A DNA stretch of 60,874 bases, taken from assembly GCA_036504955.1 (NCBI GenBank), contig DASXUI010000097.1, positions 1-60,874 on the forward strand, in the 5' to 3' direction. Under the pieces are notes generated by a model. That model was not told the DNA's origin. It was given only the letters and a program-made list of their open reading frames with translations, and did not search any database. Shown here piece after piece: positions 33,954 to 43,257 of this stretch. The DNA comes from Armatimonadota bacterium. Lineage in GTDB: Bacteria > Armatimonadota > DTGP01 > DASXUI01. The position numbers were made by a program, and so were the translations under genes. The number at the start of each line of letters is the position of its first letter. Positions within the stretch are counted from its first letter, which is position 1.

Positions 33954-34957
33954 TAGTTGGTGAGGCGGAAGGTCGGGTTGGTGTAGGTGGTGGTGGCGAC
34001 GATCTGCCGCGCCACACCCGCCCCCAGGTGAGCCACCACGAAGCCGTAGCGGTCCTTGAAGTAGCTGCCCGCCAGGGGATACTTCTCGTTGAAGCTCTCC
34101 TGGTACATCTTGAGGCCCTGCGCGGAGGGGTCGTAATGCACCCGCTTGGCGATGGGGGCCAGGCTGCGATCGACCACGGCGAAGTACCCGCTGGGCACGT
34201 TGTCGTCGAAAACGAACTCGATGCCGGCGTACCGGATTCCGGAGCCGTAGGCGCCCTGATCCTGAGCCTTGATGCGCTCGGGAGTCGTCAGGCTGCTGGC
34301 CACCGAAATGTTCAGCAGTCCCTCAATGGTCGCCGCCGCGTCCGTATTGAAGAACGCGAGGAGGCTGTTGGGTCCCAGGCCGTAGCCGTGGTGACGGATG
34401 TGGGCCGCGGCAGCCGTCACGTGGCTGAGGGCCAGCGTGGTGGTGTTGATGCCCGCGAAGTGGGTGTGAGCGGACCCGAAGTGGGAGTTGTTCTTGTAGT
34501 TGGGGACGTCGGTCTCGCCGTTGTACCAGGAGGCCCGGTAGGCGGTCCCGACGGAGCCGGCGGTCTGGCTGGTGAAGAGGGTGCGGAAGAATTCCGCGTC
34601 CTCGCGCTCTGAGGCGCCCGCCATCACCGCGTCGAAGGTCTGCTGGAACTCGCCCGGCTTGGCGTCCTGCAGACCCTCAATGGTCCACATCACGCCGCTC
34701 TCGAAGCCCTCCAGGGGCACGGAGATGAGCCGGTAGCTCTGGCGCTGCGACTCAGGGCTGCCCCCGTCGGCGGAGCGCCGGAACTGGATGGGCGCCTGGG
34801 CGATCCGCATGACCTCGCGGACATCCCGGAAGCTCAGGTCATTGATCAGCGGGTTGACCGACTGGTTGTAGACCGCCAGTCCGTCCACGACCGCCTGAAG
34901 CATCTGGGTCTGGTCGGCAACCATCCCCTGGGCGTAGCCTACGCTGCCGCTTGCCAT
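33953..34957 (-). CDS. major capsid protein
   Basis: 334 aa, following the scaffold and decoration genes. The size and beta/alpha pattern fit an HK97-fold MCP. The call is made mainly from gene order. Confidence 0.7.
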   Translation of the reverse strand: MASGSVGYAQGMVADQTQMLQAVVDGLAVYNQSVNPLINDLSFRDVREVMRIAQAPIQFRRSADGGSPESQRQSYRLISVPLEGFESGVMWTIEGLQDAKPGEFQQTFDAVMAGASEREDAEFFRTLFTSQTAGSVGTAYRASWYNGETDVPNYKNNSHFGSAHTHFAGINTTTLALSHVTAAAAHIRHHGYGLGPNSLLAFFNTDAAATIEGLLNISVASSLTTPERIKAQDQGAYGSGIRYAGIEFVFDDNVPSGYFAVVDRSLAPIAKRVHYDPSAQGLKMYQESFNEKYPLAGSYFKDRYGFVVAHLGAGVARQIVATTTYTNPTFRLTN

Positions 34958-34974
34958 GGTGCGCTCCTTTCAGC

Positions 34975-35382
34975 TTAGGCCAGGGTCGAGGTGCCGGCGA
35001 CCTGGGCGGTCGCGAAGTAGCTGCCCAGGCTGAACAACACCTTAGTTGCGCTGACGGCGACCCCCACAGGCTGAATCGCGGTGCCCGCGGTGGTCGGGCG
35101 GGTCTGGGTGACGCCCCCCGCCGTGTCGAGGTAAACGGTGCCACTGAGGGTCAGGCCGGTGAAGCCGTCCACGATGGCCCAGGTGGCGACCGCCACATAC
35201 TGGTTGCTGGCGCCCTTGGCGGCCTTGACCGCGACCCCCACCGCCTGCACGATGGCGCCGGAGGCATTGGTCGCCACGATGGCGTTGCCGGAGGAGTCCA
35301 CTCCGACCAGCTTGCCCTCGGCGATGTCAGCAGCAGCGGCCGCCTTCAGGGTGAGGGTGTTACCCTGCTTGGTTACAGCCAT
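34975..35382 (-). CDS. head decoration / DUF2190-like protein
   Basis: 135 aa, Ala/Gly/Val-rich beta protein (GKLVGVDSSGNAIVA..VGVAV) between scaffold and MCP. Confidence 0.6.
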   Translation of the reverse strand: MAVTKQGNTLTLKAAAAADIAEGKLVGVDSSGNAIVATNASGAIVQAVGVAVKAAKGASNQYVAVATWAIVDGFTGLTLSGTVYLDTAGGVTQTRPTTAGTAIQPVGVAVSATKVLFSLGSYFATAQVAGTSTLA

Positions 35383-35398
35383 GTTGGTCTCTCCCGAA

Positions 35399-35941
35399 TC
35401 AGCCGCCGGGCATCACCCGCCCCCGAAGAGAGCGGTAGGTGCTCTTGGTCTGATCCACGGTGGGGCCGTTCGAGCCTCCGGGGTTGCGCCCCCCGGAGTT
35501 CGGTAGGCCACCTGCGGGCTTCAGCTTGTCGGCTGCCTCCCGCGCCTGCGCGAGCCATGACAGTTGCTTCTGCGGGGGTCCCTCGGGAAGCAGCGCCTGC
35601 AGCTCCGGAGGCAGAGCCGCCTTCTGGCGCTCCACCTCGGTGGTCACGACGGCCGTCAGCTCCTGCACCTGGGGCGCCAACTGCTCGGCCAGCGCCGCCT
35701 TCTCGGCGAGCTTCTGGGCCTCCGACTTGCTGGCTTCCTCGATGCCGGAGAGCTTGGCTTCCGCCGCCTCGCGCTTCTTCTGCTCCGCCTCGAACAGCCG
35801 CCTGAACTTGGCTGCCTCGCCGTCCTGCTCGCCCTCGCCCGGTTTGGGGGCGGGAGGTGTCGCGGGGGGCGGGGTGCCTGCCGGGGGCGGGGTGCCTGCC
35901 GGGGGCGGGGTGCCTGGGGTCCCGCTCGGTTCCTCTGCCAT
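35399..35941 (-). CDS. scaffolding protein
   Basis: 180 aa from ATG 35941 (AGGAGGAG upstream). A Pro-rich repeat is followed by a long charged coiled coil (AAKFRRLFEAEQKKREAAEAKL...). Confidence 0.6.
   Translation of the reverse strand: MAEEPSGTPGTPPPAGTPPPAGTPPPATPPAPKPGEGEQDGEAAKFRRLFEAEQKKREAAEAKLSGIEEASKSEAQKLAEKAALAEQLAPQVQELTAVVTTEVERQKAALPPELQALLPEGPPQKQLSWLAQAREAADKLKPAGGLPNSGGRNPGGSNGPTVDQTKSTYRSLRGRVMPGG
35865..35918 (-). repeat. 3 x 18-bp tandem repeat (GTPPPA)3 in the scaffold gene
   Basis: GGGGGCGGGGTGCCTGCC is repeated at 35865, 35883 and 35901, the last copy imperfect. Confidence 0.85.
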
Positions 35942-36024
35942 GGGGTCTCCTCCTGTTGCCAAACGTGCGCGAGCGCACGACAGGGTCTCGGCTGGCGCAA
36001 GTGCCTGCTCCGGGCCGTCCGGGT

Positions 36025-36057
36025 CAAAACGCAAAAGGCCCACCCGTAGGGTGAGCC
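36025..36057 (-). terminator. rho-independent terminator inside the head module
   Basis: The minus strand reads GGCTCACCC-TAC-GGGTGGGCC followed by TTTTGCGTTTTG, between stop 36161 and the scaffold start 35941. Confidence 0.6.
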
Positions 36058-36160
36058 TCAGTCAAAGCTGTAGGTTGGGGGCGCCTATCGGACGGGCGTT
36101 ACCCAGTCCGCGGCCTCATAGAGCCAGTAGGCCAGCCATAGGCGCAGCGCGTGCGAGAGG

Positions 36161-36430
36161 TCAGTCAGCCACCGCCTCATAGGTCGCCTCGAAGATGTCG
36201 GGCTTGCAGGGGTAGACCTCTCCCGCGATGCCGCGAATCACGTAGTCACCGGGGCTCGCGCTCATGTCGCCTTCCAACGTCTCAATGACGACCGGAAGCC
36301 CCATGACCTGGGCTGCCTCAAGTGCCATCTGGCTCATGCCTGGGTACGCGAACGCCAGGACCTCGGCTTGGTTCTTGCCCGTGAACTGGACGGCCTCCAC
36401 CACCACCGGCTTCTTGCGGTACCTCGCCAT
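36161..36430 (-). CDS. hypothetical phage protein
   Basis: 89 aa from ATG 36430 (GAGGAAGG upstream). Sequence MARYRKKPVVVEAVQF...PGDYVIRGIAGEVYPCKPDIFEATYE. Confidence 0.5.
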   Translation of the reverse strand: MARYRKKPVVVEAVQFTGKNQAEVLAFAYPGMSQMALEAAQVMGLPVVIETLEGDMSASPGDYVIRGIAGEVYPCKPDIFEATYEAVAD

Positions 36431-36442
36431 GCTCACCCTTCC

Positions 36443-36820
36443 TCAGTCGGTAACCGGGGCCATTCGGGGCCCAAGCAGCCTCAGACGACGGAACCTCTGG
36501 CGGCCACTCCAGCCCAGAATCAGGCCGACCTCGTAGTAGGTCGCGAGGTCGGGCCTCGCATCCCCTCGCGTCCGCCATCCTGCTGACAGGGGGCCCACGA
36601 TCACACGAAACAGCCATTGCTGGGAACACTGCCCGATGGGCGCCGCGACCTTCAGCATCAGGCGGGGTTGCCACCAGGGGATGCGGTACACCTGGCGTCC
36701 CGTGGGTGGCAGCCTCGCGAGCCCAAAAGCGAGCGTCCCGAACCGCAGGCCCAAGAGAGCCCAGGCTTCAGTCTGCGAGCTGTATGTCCCTGGTCGCCAG
36801 TAGAACCTTAGTCTCCTCAT
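36443..36820 (-). CDS. hypothetical Trp/Arg-rich protein
   Basis: 125 aa with an ATGA overlap with the upstream gene. The composition is odd, so confidence is low. Confidence 0.35.
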   Translation of the reverse strand: MRRLRFYWRPGTYSSQTEAWALLGLRFGTLAFGLARLPPTGRQVYRIPWWQPRLMLKVAAPIGQCSQQWLFRVIVGPLSAGWRTRGDARPDLATYYEVGLILGWSGRQRFRRLRLLGPRMAPVTD

Positions 36821-37605
36821 CCTTCCTCCGCGTTTGTGAAGCCCTTAGCCCCTGTGTTGGTGACCACGACGCACTTACACGCTGTGAGGCAGGCGCTACT
36901 CCCGTCACCGGGCCACCGCGTGAACTCCGAGAGCGGCCGCCAGCCCTGCGAGGCCTCCTCGATGCAGTCCTGGCAGTGCTCGGCGTTGCCCAGCACCCAC
37001 AGGCCCATCACCTCGCCCGGTAGGCCCTGGAGCGGAGAGCCGCCCAGCCTCGCCTCTAGCGGCGTGGTGCCCGGCTGCAGCTCCGCCGCCACCAGGTCTC
37101 CGGTCGGCCCGCTGCCCAGGCCTCCGGTCGCTGCAGTGCCCGCCGTCCCCTCCTGTGCCGCCTGCGTCCGCAGGGCCGTCGCCCAGGCCTCGTTCGCTGT
37201 GCCGGTGAGTCGCTGCCCGTACAGCACCGCCCTCGCCTTGCGACCCGCTCCCGTGGCTGCCCTCGCCACCGCTCGCCCCGCGTCCGTGGCACCCTCGGTC
37301 GCCGCCTTCACGTCCGACAGGAAGCCCCGCAGGAAGCTGACCTGCGCCAGCGCTACCCGCTCGCCCACAGGAGCCGCGAGGAGCTGCTGGAGCTCCTGAG
37401 AGCCCAGGGCACGCGCCCGCAGATACCCGAGGGTCGCGGCCGCCCGGTGCGCCTTCAGCAGCAGGGTCCGACCCCGCGCCTGCGCCTCCTGAGCCGTGAG
37501 GTCGCCACGCCGGTACCGGGCGAGCAGCAGGAAGAGGGCGTAGGACAGGCGGCGCTTCAGCTTGCGGAGGCCCTCGTCGGTCTGCTGCTCGGGGTCGTCA
37601 GGCAT
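36817..37605 (-). CDS. head morphogenesis / minor head protein (SPP1 gp7-like) with C-terminal Cys cluster
   Basis: 262 aa, downstream of the portal. C-terminal NAEHCQDCIEEA...CLTACKC. Confidence 0.5.
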   Translation of the reverse strand: MPDDPEQQTDEGLRKLKRRLSYALFLLLARYRRGDLTAQEAQARGRTLLLKAHRAAATLGYLRARALGSQELQQLLAAPVGERVALAQVSFLRGFLSDVKAATEGATDAGRAVARAATGAGRKARAVLYGQRLTGTANEAWATALRTQAAQEGTAGTAATGGLGSGPTGDLVAAELQPGTTPLEARLGGSPLQGLPGEVMGLWVLGNAEHCQDCIEEASQGWRPLSEFTRWPGDGSSACLTACKCVVVTNTGAKGFTNAEEG

Positions 37606-37612
37606 CGTCGTG

Positions 37613-37966
37613 TTACCTGCAGTCGGACGCGGCGAAGAAGCTCCGAAGTAAGCCCTGGATGGTCTGGCGCAGGGTTGGCTTGCTCCCTGGCTCCGGTCCC
37701 GCGTCCTGAAGAGCCGTGAAGTGTAGCTTGCAGGGCTGTCCCCATGTCGTTGGATTCTGGCAGAAGACCTCCCAACCGTGCTCTGAGTAGCGGCTGGTCA
37801 GGTCGCTGATCAGCGCAGGACCGAAGCAGCGCCCGTCCGGGAACTCGCACTCAATCTCGCGACTCCCCGAGGCCAGCCGCTTGTCGACACACTCCTCTGC
37901 CCCAGCGACGTACTCTTCCCAGGACCTTCTCTCCCGGTCCTTCGCCTCCCATGGCGTCAGTGCCAT
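37613..37966 (-). CDS. hypothetical protein
   Basis: 117 aa from ATG 37966 (ATGA overlap with the upstream ORF). Sequence MALTPWEAKDRERRSWEEYV... Confidence 0.45.
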   Translation of the reverse strand: MALTPWEAKDRERRSWEEYVAGAEECVDKRLASGSREIECEFPDGRCFGPALISDLTSRYSEHGWEVFCQNPTTWGQPCKLHFTALQDAGPEPGSKPTLRQTIQGLLRSFFAASDCR

Positions 37967-38160
37967 CAGTCCGCGCCCGCCAACGCACCCGGCTCCAGGC
38001 CGGCCTGCGTCCATGCGTTCATGATGGTCGCCCACATCTCAGTGGCCATCTTCTCCATCTCCGCGATGGTTGTGGTTCCTGGCAGCCTTCGGAACAAGAG
38101 GTTGTTGACCTCGTTCTTCAGCTCGTTGGCCCACCAGTCCATGTCTGTCTCTGGATTCAC
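37966..38160 (-). CDS. hypothetical small protein
   Basis: 64 aa with an ATGA overlap with the portal stop. Confidence 0.45.
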   Translation of the reverse strand: MNPETDMDWWANELKNEVNNLLFRRLPGTTTIAEMEKMATEMWATIMNAWTQAGLEPGALAGAD

Positions 38161-39683
38161 TCTGCCCCCTCACCCTCTCCGGCGCCTTCCCGCGCCTGCC
38201 CCTGGGCCAAGTTGTCTTCCTCGGCCGCCACAATCTCATCGAACTTGGCGAGCAGCTCCTCAACCGCCGTCGCGATGTCCTGCTCGGTCGGAGCCTGCGC
38301 CAGGGCCGCCTTCTGCCCCGGAGCGCCTGGCTTGCCCGCCGGCATCCCCTTGCCGCCCGCCATCGCGCCAGGAGGCCCCTGTAGGGCCATGGGGGCGGGC
38401 GCGGCGGCCTCCAGCAACTTCTGCTCCACCACCACGCGCTTGAGCTCGTCGCCGGGGTTCTCGATTCCGAGCGTCGTCATGGCTGTCCGCCGGCTCTTGA
38501 GCTTGTTGGTGACCAGCGAGACCTCATCGGCCACCAACGCCGCCACGTCCTCCGGGACCGCGCAGGGCCACCGCACATTCACGGCCTCCAGCGGCACGTC
38601 ATGGCCCGCCGTCACCAGCGCCCGCCACATCACGCGCTCCAGCGCCGGACCCCAGTTGGCCTGCTTCATGGCGGTCTTCGCCAGCAGCGGCCCGTAGAGG
38701 ATGCGGAGCGCCACGCCGCTGATCTGCGAAAGCCCGCTGTCCGCTTGCCCGAAGGCGACGGCCGGAACCTGGCTCACCTCGGCGATAGCGTTGCGGATGC
38801 GAGTCAGCTGCTCCTCGACCGCCGGGACGTTGCCACTCCACTCCAGGAAGTGCGCGTCGGCGTTCTCGCCTGGAAGCCAGAGCACCGTCCGCATGTCCTT
38901 CTTGATCTCGTCGCTCTTCTGGACGCCCTGGATCACGATCGTCGGGCCGGCGTAGTAGTCGATGATCTGGGTCTGCTTGCCGCACAGGTGATCGTACTGC
39001 TCCACCAGGTCCAGGATGCCGTCCAGGTCGCTGAGCCCGTAGGCGCTCCCCGGCACCGAGAGGTTGCGGACCCACGCGGCCGGCAGCACGTCGTAGGTCA
39101 GGCTCCGGCTCGTGTCCTCCGTGTCGCCGTCGTAGACCGTCAGGCTGGTCTCATCGTAGATCTCCCGATGCAGGATCCGTTCGCCCTGGCGGTCCGTGAC
39201 CTCGTAGGCGATCTCCAGGCCGATCAGCTTGCTGTAGTCGGCGCCGTCGAAGGTGGGCAGGCACAGGCTCGGGTCGATGCACTCCACGCGAGGCTGACCG
39301 TCGGCGCCCTGGGTCGCCAGCAGTACCGCGTCCCCGTAGATGCCCGCCGTCAGGGCGTGCTCCAGCATGGCGCGGTCGCTGCCAGAGCGGTCCCAGATGC
39401 CCTCAGCGGTCGCCGTCGCTGCCTCGTCGTCGTCCACCTCCCAGCCCAACGCGCCTCCGCACAGGAAGGCAGCGCCCAGGTTGGCGATGGGGCGGCTGAA
39501 GTTGAAGGCAACCCGCTTGGTCTCCGTGGGGACGGAGCTGCCCAGGGTGCCCCGCACGCTGTAGCCCTGATAGGCCCGCAGGCAGCGCGCATACCCCGCC
39601 TTGCGGCGGGTGTCCTGCTGCTGGAACTCCAGGCTCCCGCTCTGGCGCCTCCGACCGAAACCCAGACTCTGCAGCCAGCCCAT
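38157..39683 (-). CDS. portal protein (SPP1 gp6-like)
   Basis: 508 aa, immediately downstream of terL (overlap at 39683), with an acidic C-terminal tail. Confidence 0.85.
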   Translation of the reverse strand: MGWLQSLGFGRRRQSGSLEFQQQDTRRKAGYARCLRAYQGYSVRGTLGSSVPTETKRVAFNFSRPIANLGAAFLCGGALGWEVDDDEAATATAEGIWDRSGSDRAMLEHALTAGIYGDAVLLATQGADGQPRVECIDPSLCLPTFDGADYSKLIGLEIAYEVTDRQGERILHREIYDETSLTVYDGDTEDTSRSLTYDVLPAAWVRNLSVPGSAYGLSDLDGILDLVEQYDHLCGKQTQIIDYYAGPTIVIQGVQKSDEIKKDMRTVLWLPGENADAHFLEWSGNVPAVEEQLTRIRNAIAEVSQVPAVAFGQADSGLSQISGVALRILYGPLLAKTAMKQANWGPALERVMWRALVTAGHDVPLEAVNVRWPCAVPEDVAALVADEVSLVTNKLKSRRTAMTTLGIENPGDELKRVVVEQKLLEAAAPAPMALQGPPGAMAGGKGMPAGKPGAPGQKAALAQAPTEQDIATAVEELLAKFDEIVAAEEDNLAQGQAREGAGEGEGAE

Positions 39684-41242
39684 CAGCGGTTCCCCCAGAA
39701 CTCAGCGTAGAGCTCGTCGTCGGTCTGAAGCTCCATCGGCACTGCTAGTTCGTTGAAGGCGTCGGCCGCGGCGTCCACCTGGTCGTCATGGGCGCCGCCC
39801 GGGAAGGCTCGGAGCTCCTCCACAAAGGCCTTGTTCCAGGCGCCCCGCACCAGTGTGACGTTCCCGGCGTTCACCTGCGAACTGAAGGGGTCGGCCCTCA
39901 CCGACTTATCGCCGCTGACCTTGTGGGTCTTGGCGGTCCAGCCGGCGAGCTTGCGGACAAAGGCCTTCGCGGTATCGACGCCCGCGCTGCCGGGGTCCTG
40001 GGGGCCCAGGATCGGCACCTCGCGCCCGTCCAACTCCGCCGTGCTCCTGATCTCGCGGTCGCGATGGTCGGTGGACCATTGGCCCCACGCGATATTGAGC
40101 ACGAAATAACGGCCCTCCCGGTCCACCCCCATCTTGACGCCGGCCGTATAGTCGCCGTCATCCTCGGTGGCGGCCAGGTCCCAGGCTCGCACCAACCGAA
40201 GCCCCACCGGCGCGGCGTCCACGTACTGGAGCTGTGAGACCTTGAAGAAGGCACCCTCTCGGGGCGTCGGGTGCTGCTGGTAGAGCGCTCCAAAGCTGTA
40301 GGTGCCCAGCACCTTCTGAGCCCGCCCGAGGGCCTCCTCGTCGTAGCGCTCCGGACACAGGGCCTCGCCGGGGTTGCGGCCCAGCGGGTCGTTCTCCTCC
40401 GCCAGGGCCGGGAGGTTCACCACCTCCCAGGTTTCGCCCTCGCCGCTCTCCATCTCGGCCAGAAGCCGGCCCGCCAGGTCGTCCTCATGCCAGCGGGTCA
40501 TGATGAGGACGATGGCGCAGCCAGGCTCCTGGCGTGTCCACAGGTCGTCCGTGTACCAGTCCCAGACTCGGTTCCGGTAGGTCTCGCTCTCCGCCTCGGC
40601 CCGGTTCTTCACCGGGTCGTCAATCAGGATCAGGTGGCCGCCCTGGCCCGTGATGCCGGAGCCCACGCCGATACTGCGGTAGCCGCCGCCCTCGGGGGTC
40701 TCCCAGTCGTCTACGGCCGTGCGGTCGGAGGCCAGCGTGATTCGACGCTCCGCGATACGCCGGCTCTTGCGCCCAAACTTGCTCGCGAAGCTGCTGTTGT
40801 AGGCGCCAACGATGATGCGGGTTTCGGGGTTCTGCTCCAGCCGGTAGACCGGATACCGAACCGTCAGCATCTCCGACTTGCCGTGGCGCGGTGGCATGAA
40901 GACCATGGCGCGCCGGCACTCGCCGGAGGTCACCCGCGCCAGCAGCTCCTGAACCTTCAGCAGGTGGGGCCACTCCCAATGCCAGGAGGGCGTGACCTGC
41001 TCCAGCCAGGGGCGGAACTCAGTCGGACTGTTCTCCCTCCTCGGCTCCTCGCTGGAGGGCTTCGAGAAGGCGAATCGCTTTGTCGGTCTGAACGCCGTGG
41101 AGGATCGCAAGCTCGGAGGCGTGCTGTTCCTTGAGCCAGGCCGGGTCTCGGAAGTGCCGAGCTTGAACAGCAAGGGTCGTGAGGGTTTCCTCGAGGTAGG
41201 TGAAGAGGAGCTCATCGGCCCGCTCTGCTTTTTGGGTTGCAA
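39683..41242 (-). CDS. terL: terminase large subunit (true start uncertain, conserved part begins near 41015)
   Basis: Walker A-like FMPPRHGKSEM, Walker B HLILIDDP and a nuclease half WDLAATEDDGDYTAGV. The first ~75 codons of the track ORF overlap terS and are low complexity. Confidence 0.85.
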   Translation of the reverse strand: MQPKKQSGPMSSSSPTSRKPSRPLLFKLGTSETRPGSRNSTPPSLRSSTAFRPTKRFAFSKPSSEEPRRENSPTEFRPWLEQVTPSWHWEWPHLLKVQELLARVTSGECRRAMVFMPPRHGKSEMLTVRYPVYRLEQNPETRIIVGAYNSSFASKFGRKSRRIAERRITLASDRTAVDDWETPEGGGYRSIGVGSGITGQGGHLILIDDPVKNRAEAESETYRNRVWDWYTDDLWTRQEPGCAIVLIMTRWHEDDLAGRLLAEMESGEGETWEVVNLPALAEENDPLGRNPGEALCPERYDEEALGRAQKVLGTYSFGALYQQHPTPREGAFFKVSQLQYVDAAPVGLRLVRAWDLAATEDDGDYTAGVKMGVDREGRYFVLNIAWGQWSTDHRDREIRSTAELDGREVPILGPQDPGSAGVDTAKAFVRKLAGWTAKTHKVSGDKSVRADPFSSQVNAGNVTLVRGAWNKAFVEELRAFPGGAHDDQVDAAADAFNELAVPMELQTDDELYAEFWGNR

Positions 41243-41390
41243 CGTGTTGCAACGCCTCCGGCTGCTCCGCGCGCCACCGGCTGCAGGTCGACTTGTCGAT
41301 GCCGTAGCGCTTGGCGACCTCGCAGATGCCCTGGCCTGCCATCAGCGCAGCCATCACGGCGGCCTTGACCTCGGGGGTATGTGGTCGCAT
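41019..41390 (-). CDS. terS: terminase small subunit (HTH type)
   Basis: 123 aa with the N-terminal HTH GQGICEVAKRYGIDKSTCSRW, directly upstream of terL. Confidence 0.6.
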   Translation of the reverse strand: MRPHTPEVKAAVMAALMAGQGICEVAKRYGIDKSTCSRWRAEQPEALQHVATQKAERADELLFTYLEETLTTLAVQARHFRDPAWLKEQHASELAILHGVQTDKAIRLLEALQRGAEEGEQSD

Positions 41391-41411
41391 GGCAGTATCT
41401 CAGGGTAGGGG

Positions 41412-41452
41412 CCCGCCGGCAGGTGAGAGGAAGGGCAGAGCCTGCCGGCGGG
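41412..41452. promoter_or_regulatory. perfect 12-bp GC stem-loop upstream of terS
   Basis: CCCGCCGGCAGG (41412-23) pairs with CCTGCCGGCGGG (41441-52) around a 17-nt loop, 21 nt upstream of the terS start. There is no U tract. Confidence 0.5.
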
Positions 41453-41564
41453 TTGGCTGGTGGAGCCATCTAGGTCGGGAGCGAGGGCCCTCGTCGTGCG
41501 CCTGGGCCCCGGCTCCCTCCGGCTTGCGAGGGCCGGGTGTGCGCCGCGTGTTCGGCGCAAAGGG

Positions 41565-41903
41565 TTAGCCGATCGTGACCGTCACGCTGTCGAGGAGCTG
41601 CCGCTCGTACTCGCGGCGGGTGAGCTTACCCTTGGGCAGCCAGGGCCTGCCGTGGGGGCCTCGGTCGTCCGAGAAGGCCGCGATCTGGGGAGTCTGCTTG
41701 CCGCGCTCAGGGCGGCTGTAATCCTGGGCGGCCCGGGCCTCGTCGGCCAGGTCCCCGGCGGGGGCGGGTAGTACGTGGGTCAGGCGCAGGGGACGCGCGG
41801 GCTTCTGAGCCTCTGCCTCGCGGCGTTTGCGCTCCTCCAGGGCCTGGATGGGCCCCTTCCAGCTAGACGCCTCGTTCCCTCTCCGCCATGCCGCCACGCT
41901 CAT
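41565..41903 (-). CDS. hypothetical basic protein
   Basis: 112 aa from ATG 41903. I recognise no family. Confidence 0.4.
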   Translation of the reverse strand: MSVAAWRRGNEASSWKGPIQALEERKRREAEAQKPARPLRLTHVLPAPAGDLADEARAAQDYSRPERGKQTPQIAAFSDDRGPHGRPWLPKGKLTRREYERQLLDSVTVTIG

Positions 41904-42261
41904 ACGCACCCCCCAATGCAAAGGGCCCCCTCGCCAGAGACGAGAGAGCCCTATACTGACACCTGCCGCGCCGGTGACCCGTAGCTTGGTTGTGAGTCGT
42001 CAAGACCTACTAAAAGTCTACCCCCACCCCCCTACAGTCGGCAAGAGTCTGGAGTGTGCCAGTTTGTGGCCGCAGGGTCTGCACCGTTGGCGCTTCCCAC
42101 GGTCCTGTGATACTGAGGCCCCGTCAGCCGCCCCAGACACCCTGACTACTATCGTGCGTAACGCACGACCCGTGGGAGCGACCTGCGGGGCCTCCTGCCG
42201 GGCGCACCGCACGCGCCCAACACTCTGTAGTTCCTGGTTCTGCTAGCCGACCTTACCCCTG

Positions 42262-42474
42262 ATGGATCCCAAGTACCTGTACATCGTCCCCGTCGTCACT
42301 CCCCGTGGCCTCGTGCAGCTGCACCTCTACCAGGCGCCCTGTGGCGTCTACGTGCAGGCGGGGCCCGGAGCTAGGTCGAAGCCACGCGCGGACCCGGAGG
42401 GCGAGGCGCTGCTGGGCAAGCACATCGAGGGATGCGCGGAGTGCCGGCGGCTCATGGAGTGGGAGGAGTTCTGA
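42262..42474 (+). CDS. hypothetical small protein with C-terminal CxxC
   Basis: 70 aa. It is the only plus-strand ORF in the accessory island and is preceded by 340 bp of lower-GC non-coding DNA. Confidence 0.4.
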   Translation: MDPKYLYIVPVVTPRGLVQLHLYQAPCGVYVQAGPGARSKPRADPEGEALLGKHIEGCAECRRLMEWEEF

Positions 42475-42477
42475 GGG

Positions 42478-43257
42478 TCAGGGGACTTCACGATAGAGCA
42501 CCAGCGGGGTTACCCGCACACCATCCACCGGCAGCACCATCGCGCTGAGGGCATCTGCCGCCACCTGTGAAGTGGCGATCAGCGGCCCCTCCAGGGGGAG
42601 GTCTGAGGGGGAGGGATGCTCTACCAGACCGACCAGGTGTACCTCCGAGAGGCCCAGAGACCCATGGCGGAAGTAGTAGGAGGAGATAGGCTCCTCCATT
42701 CCGTTATCCTTAACCGTCCCTACCAGCGCCGTGCCGTCGTCGCAGCGCAGCAGGAAGCAGGAGGGCATTAGCATGGTTTCCAGCGACTTCTTCAACGCCC
42801 GGGCGTTGCGGGACTCGTCGCTCTCCCGCTTGCCCCGAGGCCGAGTAGAGGGATCCTCCACCGAGAAGCCGAGGCTGCTAGCCGCTATGAGCAACATGGT
42901 GCGGTCGATGAAGCCGATAGACCCTCGCGCGTGTACCAGGGCGCCATGGGTCGCTCTGTGGGGGTCGTCCTGGACCCGTCCCGACCCCATGAGTTCCGCC
43001 AAGACATCGATCACCAGCAGGTCATGGGGGTCGACGGAATCGCGGACGGAATTGGTCAGCTCGCGGCCGTTGAGCAGGTCGGAAGCGAATACCCCAAGAC
43101 TGGCTTTGGTGTCAGAGGAATGACTCTCTCGGGTGGTGGTGGTCTTCTCGTGGGCGGAGAGACGGCCCCCGAAGAGCTGGGCGTAGTACGAGGCGATACG
43201 GTTATGGTCTCGGTACAGTAGGTCGATTAAGCCGACCGTCCGTGCGTCGTGCTCCAC
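42478..43257 (-). CDS. hypothetical protein (uncharacterised 259-aa cargo protein)
   Basis: GTG start. N-terminal block GLIDLLYRDHNRIASYYAQLFGG. No motif I can assign. Confidence 0.5.
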   Translation of the reverse strand: MEHDARTVGLIDLLYRDHNRIASYYAQLFGGRLSAHEKTTTTRESHSSDTKASLGVFASDLLNGRELTNSVRDSVDPHDLLVIDVLAELMGSGRVQDDPHRATHGALVHARGSIGFIDRTMLLIAASSLGFSVEDPSTRPRGKRESDESRNARALKKSLETMLMPSCFLLRCDDGTALVGTVKDNGMEEPISSYYFRHGSLGLSEVHLVGLVEHPSPSDLPLEGPLIATSQVAADALSAMVLPVDGVRVTPLVLYREVP

